Assembly: GCA_964371945.1 (NCBI GenBank) | Contig: CAYJPA010000021.1 | Location: 4,924 to 68,923 of the forward strand | From: an uncultured Sphaerobacteraceae bacterium | GTDB taxonomy: Bacteria > Chloroflexota > Chloroflexia > Thermomicrobiales > UBA6265 | DNA length: 64,000 bases | Reading direction: 5' to 3' | The notes under the pieces: model-generated | What the model was told of the DNA's origin: nothing | The model's input: only the letters and a program-made list of their open reading frames with translations | The model's database searches: none | Shown: one piece after another, positions 50,787 through 59,818 of the stretch | How the letters are laid out: each line of letters starts with the position of its first letter | How positions within the stretch are numbered: the stretch's first letter is position 1 | Position numbers and translations under genes: made by a program

Positions 50787-51659
50787 TTATTCACTAGATG
50801 CCGGCACGTAGGTCCCGCGGATGATCGTGTCCTTGATTTTGAGCACGAGATCGATGAACTCGCGCGAAAAGGTCTGCTCGATAGAACGCGGGCGGGTCAG
50901 ATCGATGGGGAAGATGTGCGCCAGCCGGCCGGGACGTGGAGTAAGCACCACGACACGATCGGCGAGAAAGATCGCTTCCGTCACGTTGTGCGTTACAAAT
51001 ATAATCGTCTTGCCCGTCTCCATCCAGATTTTTTGAATCAAAAGGTTCATTTCGTCGCGGGTAAAGGCATCGAGCGCGCCGAACGGCTCGTCCATCAAGA
51101 TCACTTCCGGGTCGTACGAAAGGCAGCGCACGATGCTCGCCCGTTGCTGCATTCCCCCCGAAAGTTCTCGCGGGAACTTATTTTCGAATCCAGCAAGCCC
51201 GACTTCCTCGATCAATCCTTGGATACGCGTTTCATACGGAGCAGGATCGAGCTTCTTGATCTCGAACGGGAAGCGGATGTTCTGATGCAGGTTGCGCCAA
51301 GGCAGGAGATTCGCGTCCTGGAAGATCATTCCGATCTCCGGTCGCGGACCCGTCACCGGCGTGTCGTTGAGAACCACCTGGCCGGCGGTGAGATCGTGCA
51401 ATCCGGACATGCCCCAGAGCAGGGTGCTTTTGCCGCAACCGGACGGGCCGAGAATGCAGACAAATTCGCCCTTCGCGATCTCGAGACTGAGGTCCTCGAG
51501 CGCGTGTACGAAACCAGTCTGGGTTTTGTAGTGTTTGGAAACGCGATCGACCCTCATCGCGATTTCACGTTTCGATGGAGCGGCACCGATGCTGGTTACC
51601 GTTGCCCGTTGCGCTGGGATCGTTGTTCCGGTTTGCGACACTCCAACTCCTCTCGCCAC
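50787..51659 (-). CDS. ABC transporter ATP-binding protein (NitT/TauT family)
   Basis: Walker A GPSGCGKSTLL, FQDANLLPW, signature LSGGMQQR, Walker B ILMDEPFGALD. An internal ATG 51557 (MRVDRVSKHY) may be the true start. Confidence 0.88.
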   Translation of the reverse strand: MARGVGVSQTGTTIPAQRATVTSIGAAPSKREIAMRVDRVSKHYKTQTGFVHALEDLSLEIAKGEFVCILGPSGCGKSTLLWGMSGLHDLTAGQVVLNDTPVTGPRPEIGMIFQDANLLPWRNLHQNIRFPFEIKKLDPAPYETRIQGLIEEVGLAGFENKFPRELSGGMQQRASIVRCLSYDPEVILMDEPFGALDAFTRDEMNLLIQKIWMETGKTIIFVTHNVTEAIFLADRVVVLTPRPGRLAHIFPIDLTRPRSIEQTFSREFIDLVLKIKDTIIRGTYVPASSE

Positions 51660-51932
51660 GGGATTGGCGACCGAATGGTGCTTCTTTCAGACGGGTCGCC
51701 AGGCGCGGAACCCAGGCTATCAGGAGCCGCTTCCGCCAGCCGGAATACCCCACCCTTGGATTCGCCAGATGCTGAGCAACCGGGGCATTCTAGTTTTGGC
51801 TCTTTCGGAGTGTCAATACGGGCGTGTAAGCCGCTCACACTCATCACTTCGATCGTTGATCGAGGCTTGCCGCTCGAACCGAGCACTGCGACACTCATAT
51901 TTCGAACGTCCTGCCGTCGAACTGGAGATCTG

Positions 51933-53009
51933 ATGAGCGAACGAACGACCTTGTCCAAACGGCCATTCGGCAATATCGACGGTCAAACGGTCGATCTCTT
52001 CACGCTGTCCGTGAGGGGCCGGCGCGAGGTCCAGATCACGAATTACGGTGGAATCATCACGTCGTTCAAGTCTCCGGACCGCAACGGACGGATGGACAAT
52101 GTCATTCTCGGGTTTGAGACACTGGACGAATACGTCTCCTTCAACCAGGGCCCGTTCTTTGGCTGCATCACGGGACGGTTTGCGAACCGGATTGCCAACG
52201 GCCAGTTCACGCTCGACGGTAAGGAGCACCAGCTCCCGATAAATAGCGGCATGCATTCACTACACGGCGGCAATCACGGGCTCAACAGCAAAATCTGGGA
52301 CGCCCTGCCAATCGAAACCATCGATGGTGTTGCGCTGCGGCTGCGCGTCGTGAGTCCAGACGAGGATGAAGGCTATCCAGGAGAGTTGAGCGTCGAGGTG
52401 ACCTACACACTGTCGTCCACCGGGGAACTGCGAATCGACTATTCCGCAACAACCGATCGCCCGACCATTGTCAACCTCACGAACCACACCTATTTCAATC
52501 TGGCGGGCGAAGGAACTGGGAGTATCGAGGGTCACGAGATCCAGCTCTTCGCCAGCCGTTACACGCCGGTGGACGACCGCCTCATTCCAACAGGCGAGAT
52601 CGCGCCGGTCAAATCTACACCGCTCGACTTTACGGAATCCGAACGAATCGGCGCCCGCATCCGCGACAGTTTCGAGCAACTCGCGTTCGCTCAAGGGTAT
52701 GACTTCAACTACGTGATCGACCGGCCGGAGGGCGATATGTCGCTCGCCTTGACTGCCGATGTCTATGAGCCAAACAGCGGTCGCCGCCTTTCGGTGCTAA
52801 CCACCGAACCGGGCGTCCAGTTTTACACCGGCAATTTTCTGAATGGCTCGGTGTACGGACCGAGCGGCCGTGCGTACCGGCAGTCGGACGGTTTTGCGCT
52901 GGAAACGCAGCACTTTCCGGACAGCCCGAACCAACCAACGTTCCCATCCACGGTGTTGCGACCGGGTGAAACCTTCTCATCGAGCACTGTTTGGCGGTTT
53001 TCTCTCTAG
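51933..53009 (+). CDS. galM: Aldose 1-epimerase (galactose mutarotase)
   Basis: In-frame ATG 51933 (MSERTTLSKRPFGNIDGQTVDLFTL). Contains GRFANRIANGQFTLDGKEHQL, HSLHGG, NLTNHTYFNL and ALETQHFPDSPN. The track ORF's first 339 codons are antisense to the ABC ATPase gene. Confidence 0.88.
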   Translation: MSERTTLSKRPFGNIDGQTVDLFTLSVRGRREVQITNYGGIITSFKSPDRNGRMDNVILGFETLDEYVSFNQGPFFGCITGRFANRIANGQFTLDGKEHQLPINSGMHSLHGGNHGLNSKIWDALPIETIDGVALRLRVVSPDEDEGYPGELSVEVTYTLSSTGELRIDYSATTDRPTIVNLTNHTYFNLAGEGTGSIEGHEIQLFASRYTPVDDRLIPTGEIAPVKSTPLDFTESERIGARIRDSFEQLAFAQGYDFNYVIDRPEGDMSLALTADVYEPNSGRRLSVLTTEPGVQFYTGNFLNGSVYGPSGRAYRQSDGFALETQHFPDSPNQPTFPSTVLRPGETFSSSTVWRFSL

Positions 53010-53026
53010 TGGAGAATCGATTCCTT

Positions 53027-55111
53027 ATGATTGACGGACTTTGGCTTTCTCCTAAGCCCTGGAAACTTACACTCGAAGAGGGCTCGTTCACGATCAACAC
53101 TGGAACGAGGATACGGCTGGGCATGAGCTCCGGGATCGAGACACTTGAAAGCGCTCAGTCGCTCGTAGAAGCACTTACTGATCTCTTCGACCTTCCACTG
53201 GAGTTCCATGGTACCCGGGCGAACCCGCAATTTGGTCACATCACCCTGGCCATAGCGGGCCGCGACGACCAAGATTTGCTGGAGGCATCGGGCGAGCTCA
53301 GTCCACAGGGGTACACGCTCACGATAGACGGAAACGGAGTTTCCATCGCGGCCATTGATGAAGCGGGGCTCCGCTACGGTGTGCAAACACTCATTCAGAT
53401 CGCGCGCTCATCAGGTAGGATTTGGCCCGCGCTGAACATCGTCGATCGCCCGGCGGTGTTGAGCCGCGGGATCATGCTCGACATCTCTCGCGGCCGTGTT
53501 CCGACCCTGGAAACGCTGGATTCCCTCGTGCGGCTCTTCGCGCACTTCAAAATCAATCACCTCCAGCTCTACACAGAGCACGCGTTCGATTTCCCCAGCG
53601 CTCCGGCAATCGGCGCGGGAACCGGTGCGATGACGCCGGAAGATATCCTCCGGCTCGACGAGATCTGCAGGGATCATCACGTCGAGCTGGCCGCCAATTT
53701 TCAGTCGCTGGGACATCAGGGCCGGCTGCTCAAACTGCCCGAATTCGAGCATTTGGCGGAAACGCCGTGGAGATTCACATTCGCGACCGACAACGATGAG
53801 GTTTTCGAGCTTTTCGACCGGCTCTACGGCGATCTCCTCCCCTGCTTCACGTCGAAGCTGCTCAATGTGAACGCCGACGAACCGTGGGATCTCGGACGGG
53901 GCGTGTCGAAGGCGATGAGCGAACAGGTTGGTTACGGCGGCGTCTATCTGCACCACATTCGCCGGCTCCACGAGCTGGCGACGAAGCACGGCGTGCGGAT
54001 GGCGATGTGGGCGGATGTGCTGAAGCACTATCCGGAACTGATCCCGGAATTGCCCAAGGACATCCTGCTAATCGACTGGTGGTACGAAGACCGGGAGCGA
54101 TACGAGTCGCTCGACGCGCTCGCGAAATCGGGAATCGAGTTTTGGGTTTGTCCATCGACGTCAAGCTGGTCGGCAATCTATCCGCGACTCGACAACGCAT
54201 TCAGTAATATTTTCGATTATGTCGAGCAAGGCATCGCCGCCGGTACGACCGGCGTCTTCATTTCGGAATGGGTTGAGAGCCATCACGTGCAGCCGGTCAC
54301 GAGTTCGATCTACCCCTTTCTGTGGGGAGCGGAATGCTCCTGGAGCGGGGCGACGACCTCTCGAGAAATGTTCGATGCCGCTGTTGGATTGCAGGTTTTT
54401 CGCGATCGGAGCGGCAAAGTGGTCGCGGCGCTTCGGCGTCTCGGCGCCGCAATGCAGAACGATCCGAACTGGATGACCACCTGGAACAGCTCGATGGCCC
54501 TGTATGAAGACCCGCTCGCCGGCAAGATCGCGAGTCTCGCACCGGCAGAAGTAGTGGCCGAAGCGCGTTCGGCCGCGACCGCGATCCAACCGCTGCTGGT
54601 GCAGATTCCCGATCCGATCTGGCGGGGCGATCTGGGATTCTTGACCTGGCAAATTCGGTTCGCTTGCGACAAAGTCGAGGCAACCCGCTCCGTGCAAGCG
54701 CTGCTCGAGGAAATTGCCGCTTCAGGCGAAACGCTCGACACGCATGTAGAGCGACTCGATCATGCGATCGACCAACTCTCGAGATTGCGGTCTGCATTAC
54801 CGCCGATGATCGACGAGTTCGAGCGACGATGGCTCGCGGCAAATCGCCGGAGCTCGATTCAGTTCAATCTCGACAAATACCTGGCGTTACAGGCGCAGTT
54901 CGATCGCGCGATCGCGTGGTTGACGTCCCAACAAGGCGTGCTCCTTCGAGGTGAGAACGTCGATGCTTCGTTCGCGACATACGACACCGGAGGATACGCC
55001 GTGATGCACGAAGCGACCTATCTCTGGGTGAAGGAGCTGGAGGGCATCGTCGGCTACGACGCCCTCCCAGACGACATCAAGGACTACCTGCGGGATGTGG
55101 GCGGTGGATAG
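53027..55111 (+). CDS. Glycoside hydrolase family 20-like protein (beta-N-acetylhexosaminidase-like)
   Basis: IVDRPAVLSRGIMLDISRGRVPTLETLDSLVRLFAHFKINHLQLYTEHAF resembles the GH20 catalytic barrel start. A D-E pair occurs in NVNADEPWD. Long C-terminal helical extension; ATG 53027 chosen. Confidence 0.55.
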   Translation: MIDGLWLSPKPWKLTLEEGSFTINTGTRIRLGMSSGIETLESAQSLVEALTDLFDLPLEFHGTRANPQFGHITLAIAGRDDQDLLEASGELSPQGYTLTIDGNGVSIAAIDEAGLRYGVQTLIQIARSSGRIWPALNIVDRPAVLSRGIMLDISRGRVPTLETLDSLVRLFAHFKINHLQLYTEHAFDFPSAPAIGAGTGAMTPEDILRLDEICRDHHVELAANFQSLGHQGRLLKLPEFEHLAETPWRFTFATDNDEVFELFDRLYGDLLPCFTSKLLNVNADEPWDLGRGVSKAMSEQVGYGGVYLHHIRRLHELATKHGVRMAMWADVLKHYPELIPELPKDILLIDWWYEDRERYESLDALAKSGIEFWVCPSTSSWSAIYPRLDNAFSNIFDYVEQGIAAGTTGVFISEWVESHHVQPVTSSIYPFLWGAECSWSGATTSREMFDAAVGLQVFRDRSGKVVAALRRLGAAMQNDPNWMTTWNSSMALYEDPLAGKIASLAPAEVVAEARSAATAIQPLLVQIPDPIWRGDLGFLTWQIRFACDKVEATRSVQALLEEIAASGETLDTHVERLDHAIDQLSRLRSALPPMIDEFERRWLAANRRSSIQFNLDKYLALQAQFDRAIAWLTSQQGVLLRGENVDASFATYDTGGYAVMHEATYLWVKELEGIVGYDALPDDIKDYLRDVGGG

Positions 55112-55143
55112 ATCCGCTTTTGATACTGTGATTCGCCTAGCAA

Positions 55144-55297
55144 TGTAGGGGCGATTCGCGAATCGCCCGACGCGTCGGATCCAATCGGGTCCATTCCCGC
55201 AACGATGGCCAAGGTTTGTTCATGGCGTCACGACGGGTCCCGCCAAGAGGAGCCCCGGATCGAATCGGAACGAGGGCGATTCTCGAATCGCCCCTAC
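55144..55297. repeat. Inverted pair of REP-like palindromes between convergent genes
   Basis: gtaggggcgattcgcgaatcgccc (55144-55168) and gggcgattctcgaatcgcccctac (55274-55297). Each is a hairpin in its own right, and the two copies are in opposite orientation. Confidence 0.6.
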
Positions 55298-55345
55298 GCA
55301 TCACAAACGATCCCCTAAAACTCCGTGTCCGATCAGCGATCGTGG

Positions 55346-56401
55346 CTAGACGATGTCGGTTTTGGCGTTGCGGATTAGGGCGGTGAGCTCGACGAGGATC
55401 GAGGTCAATCGCAGACGGCTGTACGGGGCGCCGGCAAACCAGTTGCCGACCTGACCCGCCTGGATCGCGGGAAGGCCGGTCCAAACCTCGTTGGTTTGCA
55501 GGAACTCGGCGTTGAGACCATCGCCCCTGGCATCGACCAAAATTAGATCGGCGGGATAGGTCCCGATCTCTTCCCATCCAATGAGCGCGAAGAAGTCCTA
55601 GGTGGTGTGGGTCAAGATATCGAGTCCAAGATCACGAAAATAGGCGAGATCGGTCATCCAGTCCGGCGAGGCGATATAGACGTTGTCGGTTCCCGGCGAA
55701 CAGACAAGAACCGTCAATCCCGGTTTCTCCGCGATGGCCGCCTTGAAGCCCGCTTCAGCAAGGTCGAACTCAGCGCGCGCTGACGCGACCTCGGGCGTTC
55801 CGAGGCCGGCGCCGATCGCGACCGCGAGCTCTTCGAATCGTTCGATCGATTTCAGGATCGAGTTCGATTGCATGGAGATGCCGAGGGTCGGGGCCACCTT
55901 TTCGACGATATCGACAACCGACTCCAGATACCAGAGCCGCGTGCCGTAGAGGGACATGTCGATAATGAGATCAGGCGCCAAACTGACCAGTTTCTCGATG
56001 TCGTACTCACCGTAATCGCCGAGCTGCTCGACTTCCGAAAAATCGATGCTTCCAGCCTGGAAATCGTTCGAGCCGTCGGCCAGTACGGTCGGTCCAACGA
56101 CACCCACCGGCTTGACCCCGAGATCCCAGAGCGCGGCGGCGGTTGTTTCGGCGACGATTTTGGTCGGAACGCCGTTTGTGGAGATGACCATGCCGCGGTC
56201 ATCGGTGAAGACCCAGGCGCCATCTGGTTGGAGGCCGTTCGGAACCGTTGGAGTGGCCTCGGGAGAGTCTTCCTGGGCTCCAGAGGCGCCGGATCGCAGT
56301 CCGAGCAATGCGGCGGCGCTAAGGCCGGCAGATCCGATTACGAATTTGCGGCGATTCAGTTCAGATGCGGGCAAATCGTGACCATTCCGAGTCGACGACA
56401 C
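55346..56401 (-). pseudogene. Iron-siderophore ABC substrate-binding protein gene interrupted by one in-frame TAG
   Basis: Track ORFs 55598-56401 and 55346-55540 are in the same frame. Reading through cta at 55598-55600 gives ...DILTHTT*DFFALIGWEEIGTYPADLILVDARGDGLNAEF... as one continuous 352-codon binding-protein reading frame. Tat/lipoprotein-like N-terminus NRRKFVIGSAGLSAAALLG. Confidence 0.7.
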
Positions 56402-56533
56402 CGTCGAATTCCTCCTTGAGCGTGATTGTCGTGCGCTCCCGCCAGTTCGCAGAAGAGCTATGTTACGGAAATTTAGTAATTACGAGATCTCTGTCGAGAC
56501 GTTGAGCCGGGAAGTTCAAACTCGTCCGGCGAT

Positions 56534-57355
56534 TCAATCATTGATCGGTTCGTGGTGATCCCAATCGGGCACATTCCGCTTCCAATGACCCGTAATCTCC
56601 GATAACTCGATCCTTGCTCCCCGTTCTCTCAACAGGTGGCGACGAATGGGTTTGATCGTGCTCGCCTCTCCGCTGAGGTAGGTGAAGAACTCACCCGTGG
56701 GGAAGATCAGAGAGCGCACCGCTTGCTCGAGCAGGTCGTTCGCACCGGGTTGAACGCCGTTTCGGTGCACCCAGAGCCAATCGACATCCGCGTCAGACTC
56801 GACCTGTTGCTCTTCGTTGCGATTCGCAATCTCGACGACCGCAATCGCCTTCGCGCCCGCCGGCAGCTCCTCGATCCGTCTCGAGATGGACGGCAGCGCG
56901 GTTTCATCGCCGACCAGCACGTGCCAGGGCATCTCGGCGGCGAGCACATGCGAACCGCGAGGGCCAACCACGGCGATGTGACCGCCGGGTTTCGCGGCGG
57001 CGGCCCAGGTTGCACCGGGGCCGTCGCCATGCAATACGAAGTCGATCGTTAGCTCGCGGTAAACCGGGTCGAAGCGGCGCGGGGTGTAGTCGCGCAGTAC
57101 CGGATTGCCCACGTCTTCGGGATAAACAAACCCATTGGGTCCGGCGGTTGGAACAACCGGCCGATCGGCTCCAGGCGATGGAAAGAGCAGCTTGACGTGA
57201 TCGCCGGGTGCTAGAGTCACGAAATCGCTCAATTCATCACCAGCAAGGATCACGCGGCGCATAAGCGGAGTGACGGCTTCGACACGCCTGACTTCAGCCG
57301 ACCGGAACTTGAGGGGATGGAGAACGGTTTCAATCGCCTTATGCGCAATCGACAC
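56534..57355 (-). CDS. Siderophore-interacting protein (FAD-binding ferric-siderophore reductase, ViuB/SIP family)
   Basis: 273 aa. Contains RDYTPRRFD and VGDETALPSISRRIEELP, followed by a C-terminal SIP domain. Confidence 0.8.
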   Translation of the reverse strand: MSIAHKAIETVLHPLKFRSAEVRRVEAVTPLMRRVILAGDELSDFVTLAPGDHVKLLFPSPGADRPVVPTAGPNGFVYPEDVGNPVLRDYTPRRFDPVYRELTIDFVLHGDGPGATWAAAAKPGGHIAVVGPRGSHVLAAEMPWHVLVGDETALPSISRRIEELPAGAKAIAVVEIANRNEEQQVESDADVDWLWVHRNGVQPGANDLLEQAVRSLIFPTGEFFTYLSGEASTIKPIRRHLLRERGARIELSEITGHWKRNVPDWDHHEPIND

Positions 57356-57510
57356 GGGTGCTCGCTTTCTTGCCGAAGAGACCGGTTGCTCAATCAGTTC
57401 AGCCCGGTTGCTGAATATCAGACTATATCAGTAGGAATTATGCTAGTGATGCCGGTGGAGCCTGTCAAGGCGCATTGCGACACGGATTGGGCGAGGCTTC
57501 TTGAATGGTG

Positions 57511-57568
57511 TTGACAACCATCGGCAGTTCGGCGCCATAATCCATACCACATGAGTCAGAATTGACTC
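57511..57568 (+). promoter_or_regulatory. Sigma-70-like promoter plus palindromic operator candidate upstream of the permease genes
   Basis: TTGACA (57511-57516), 19-nt spacer, CATAAT (57536-57541), then gagtca-gaat-tgactc (57553-57568). The palindrome contains AGTCAGAATT. Confidence 0.4.
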
Positions 57569-57691
57569 TTCCCTGTGAGCTCAGTGGGCCGAGTCCCGGG
57601 CTCTGAACGTTTTCGTCGCAAGGACTGGGCGGATGCAATTGATGGCAGAAGGCTGCCTGGCTTTTCTTGAGTCGATCGGGCCGTAATCACG

Positions 57692-58750
57692 ATGACGGCG
57701 ACCGAGCTCTCTCCCCCGTCCATGCAGATGGGCAATGAACGACAACGAGTCGTTCCGAAACTCACCCGATCAGCGGGATTGGCCGTGGGGCTGCTTTGCG
57801 TTGTCGCCGTCGCGGTCATCAGCCTTCGGATCGGCACCCGGGGTGTTTCGACTAGTGCCGTCTGGGATGCACTGTTTCACTACGATGAGACATCCTACGA
57901 TCAAACCGTAATCCGGTCGCTCCGGCTTCCGCGCACGATCATCGCCCTCGGCGTCGGCAGTGCCCTTGCGGTCGCCGGCGCCACGATGCAGGCGGTGACC
58001 AGGAACCCGCTCGCGGAGCCATCGATCCTCGGCGTGAGTAGCGGAGCCAGTTTCGCGATTGTGACCGTGATCTATTACGGCGGTCTGACCGCACCCAGTC
58101 AGTACATCTGGTTCGCGTTCGCCGGCGCGCTAATCGCTTCCGTATTTGTCTTCTTTATCGGATCGCTTGGCCGGGACGGCGCGACGCCCGTCAAACTCGC
58201 GCTGGCGGGTGTCGTTGTCTCCGCGTTGCTCGGCTCATGGACAAGCAGTTTGCTCCTCCTGGATGAGGAGACCTTCGATGTCGTTCGCTTCTGGTTTGCC
58301 GGGTCCGTGGTCGGGCGCGATCTCGATACCTTCTGGACGGTTGCGCCTTTTTTGATCGGCGGATCGCTCGGCTGTCTCTTCCTCGGGCATCAACTGAATG
58401 TGCTGAATCTCGGCGACGACGCCGCCAAGGGTCTCGGCATGCGGACCAATCGCGTTCGGATCATCTGCTCGATTCTGGTGGTGCTTATCACCGGCGCCGC
58501 GGTGTCGACGGCTGGGCCGATCGGGTATGTGGGACTCGCGGTGCCGCACATGGTGCGATCGGTGATCGGACCGGATTACCGGTGGGTTCTGCCCTACTCG
58601 TTCATTGTGGGCGCGATCTTCCTGACGAGTGCGGATGTTGCCGGACGGGTGATTGCCCGGCCCTCTGAGATCCAAGTCGGAATCGTGACCGCGGCGATCG
58701 GGGCGCCGTTTTTGATCTATCTGGCGCGACACAGAACAGTGGCTACCTAG
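57692..58750 (+). CDS. Iron-siderophore ABC permease (FecCD family)
   Basis: 352 aa, multi-TM. FecCD strings RLPRTIIALGVGSALAVAGATMQAVTRNPLAEPSILGVSSGA and GPIGYVGLAVPH. Confidence 0.88.
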   Translation: MTATELSPPSMQMGNERQRVVPKLTRSAGLAVGLLCVVAVAVISLRIGTRGVSTSAVWDALFHYDETSYDQTVIRSLRLPRTIIALGVGSALAVAGATMQAVTRNPLAEPSILGVSSGASFAIVTVIYYGGLTAPSQYIWFAFAGALIASVFVFFIGSLGRDGATPVKLALAGVVVSALLGSWTSSLLLLDEETFDVVRFWFAGSVVGRDLDTFWTVAPFLIGGSLGCLFLGHQLNVLNLGDDAAKGLGMRTNRVRIICSILVVLITGAAVSTAGPIGYVGLAVPHMVRSVIGPDYRWVLPYSFIVGAIFLTSADVAGRVIARPSEIQVGIVTAAIGAPFLIYLARHRTVAT

Positions 58751-58752
58751 CC

Positions 58753-59811
58753 ATGGAGATGCTGGCCGCGAGCTCCGGAGCAAAGCGCCCCGGTCATTTG
58801 ACCGTTCGGAACCGCTATTTTTCCGTCCGGCTCAACTATCGAGTTTTTATCCTCGCCGGCATCGGCCTGGTCGTGCTGGCGATGTTGATGACGCTGGCGA
58901 TGTCGCTCGGGAGTTTTCGCATTCCGTTTGCCGATGTCGTCCGGGCTGTGTTCGGCGAAGGCTCCGAGGATCAGATCTTTGTGGTGCGCGAACTACGGCT
59001 GCCACGAGTCATCTCGGCAGTCATGATCGGTTCGGCGCTCGCGATGTCCGGGTCGATCTTCCAGGGCCTGGTGAAGAACCCCCTGGTTTCGCCGGACATC
59101 ATCGGGATCGAATCCGGCGCCACGCTGGTCGCCGTCTTCTGGATTGTCACCAAGCAAAACTACGGTTTCCTGCCGCTGGCCGCATTCATCGGTGCAAGTG
59201 GGACCGCCGCAATGATCTATCTCTTTTCTTGGAAGCGAGGTATCTCCGCGAACCGGCTGATCCTCGTCGGAATCGGGGTTGGAGCGGCCGTTTCCGCCTG
59301 GACGACCTTCCTACTGATTCGCTATCCGCTGGTGGTGGTTCGTCCCGCCCAGGTCTGGACGATGGGATCGCTCTACGGCAATGACTGGAGCGATGTCCGC
59401 ACGCTGCTCGTGATCGTCGGTGCGCTGTTGCCGGTGTCCGTAGCGCTCACCTTGCCGCTTCGCTCGCTTCAGCTCGGCGATGACATCACCCGCGGGTTGG
59501 GGATGCCGCTCGAGAGCACTCGTTTGCTGATCATGGGTGTCGGTTGCGCACTGTCGGCGGTCGCGGTATCGATCGCCGGTCCTATCGGATTTGTGGCGCT
59601 GATGGTTCCGCACATGGCGCGGATGATGGTTGGTCCGCTCTCGGGCAGCGTCATGATCTTCATCGCGATCGTCGGCGCGATCTTTTTGCTCGGCGCGGAT
59701 GTCGTCGCGCAGCACGCGTTGCCTGTCTCACTTCCAGTCGGTGTCGTCACCGCCGTTTTCGGCGCACCCTACTTCCTCTTCTTGCTCTACCGGACCAACG
59801 CGAAACTGTGA
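58753..59811 (+). CDS. Iron-siderophore ABC permease (FecCD family), second subunit
   Basis: 352 aa. RLPRVISAVMIGSALAMSGSIFQGLVKNPLVSPDIIGIESGA and GPIGFVALMVPH. The start is 3 nt after the upstream stop. Confidence 0.88.
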   Translation: MEMLAASSGAKRPGHLTVRNRYFSVRLNYRVFILAGIGLVVLAMLMTLAMSLGSFRIPFADVVRAVFGEGSEDQIFVVRELRLPRVISAVMIGSALAMSGSIFQGLVKNPLVSPDIIGIESGATLVAVFWIVTKQNYGFLPLAAFIGASGTAAMIYLFSWKRGISANRLILVGIGVGAAVSAWTTFLLIRYPLVVVRPAQVWTMGSLYGNDWSDVRTLLVIVGALLPVSVALTLPLRSLQLGDDITRGLGMPLESTRLLIMGVGCALSAVAVSIAGPIGFVALMVPHMARMMVGPLSGSVMIFIAIVGAIFLLGADVVAQHALPVSLPVGVVTAVFGAPYFLFLLYRTNAKL

Positions 59812-59818
59812 GGAACCT

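Noticed and set aside
50916-51932. N-terminal 339 codons of track ORF 50916-53009
   Set aside because: Antisense to the ABC ATPase gene and the intergenic region. The mutarotase homology starts at ATG 51933.
55137-55577. 146-aa minus-strand ORF
   Set aside because: It spans the REP-like palindromes (translated ...AIRESPLHC) and is out of frame with the C-terminal fragment of the broken binding-protein gene on the same strand. Not coding.
59699-59818. Forty-codon N-terminal extension of the ATPase ORF
   Set aside because: It overlaps the end of the permease gene and is Ser/Pro-rich. ATG 59819 has a ribosome-binding site and starts the canonical NBD.
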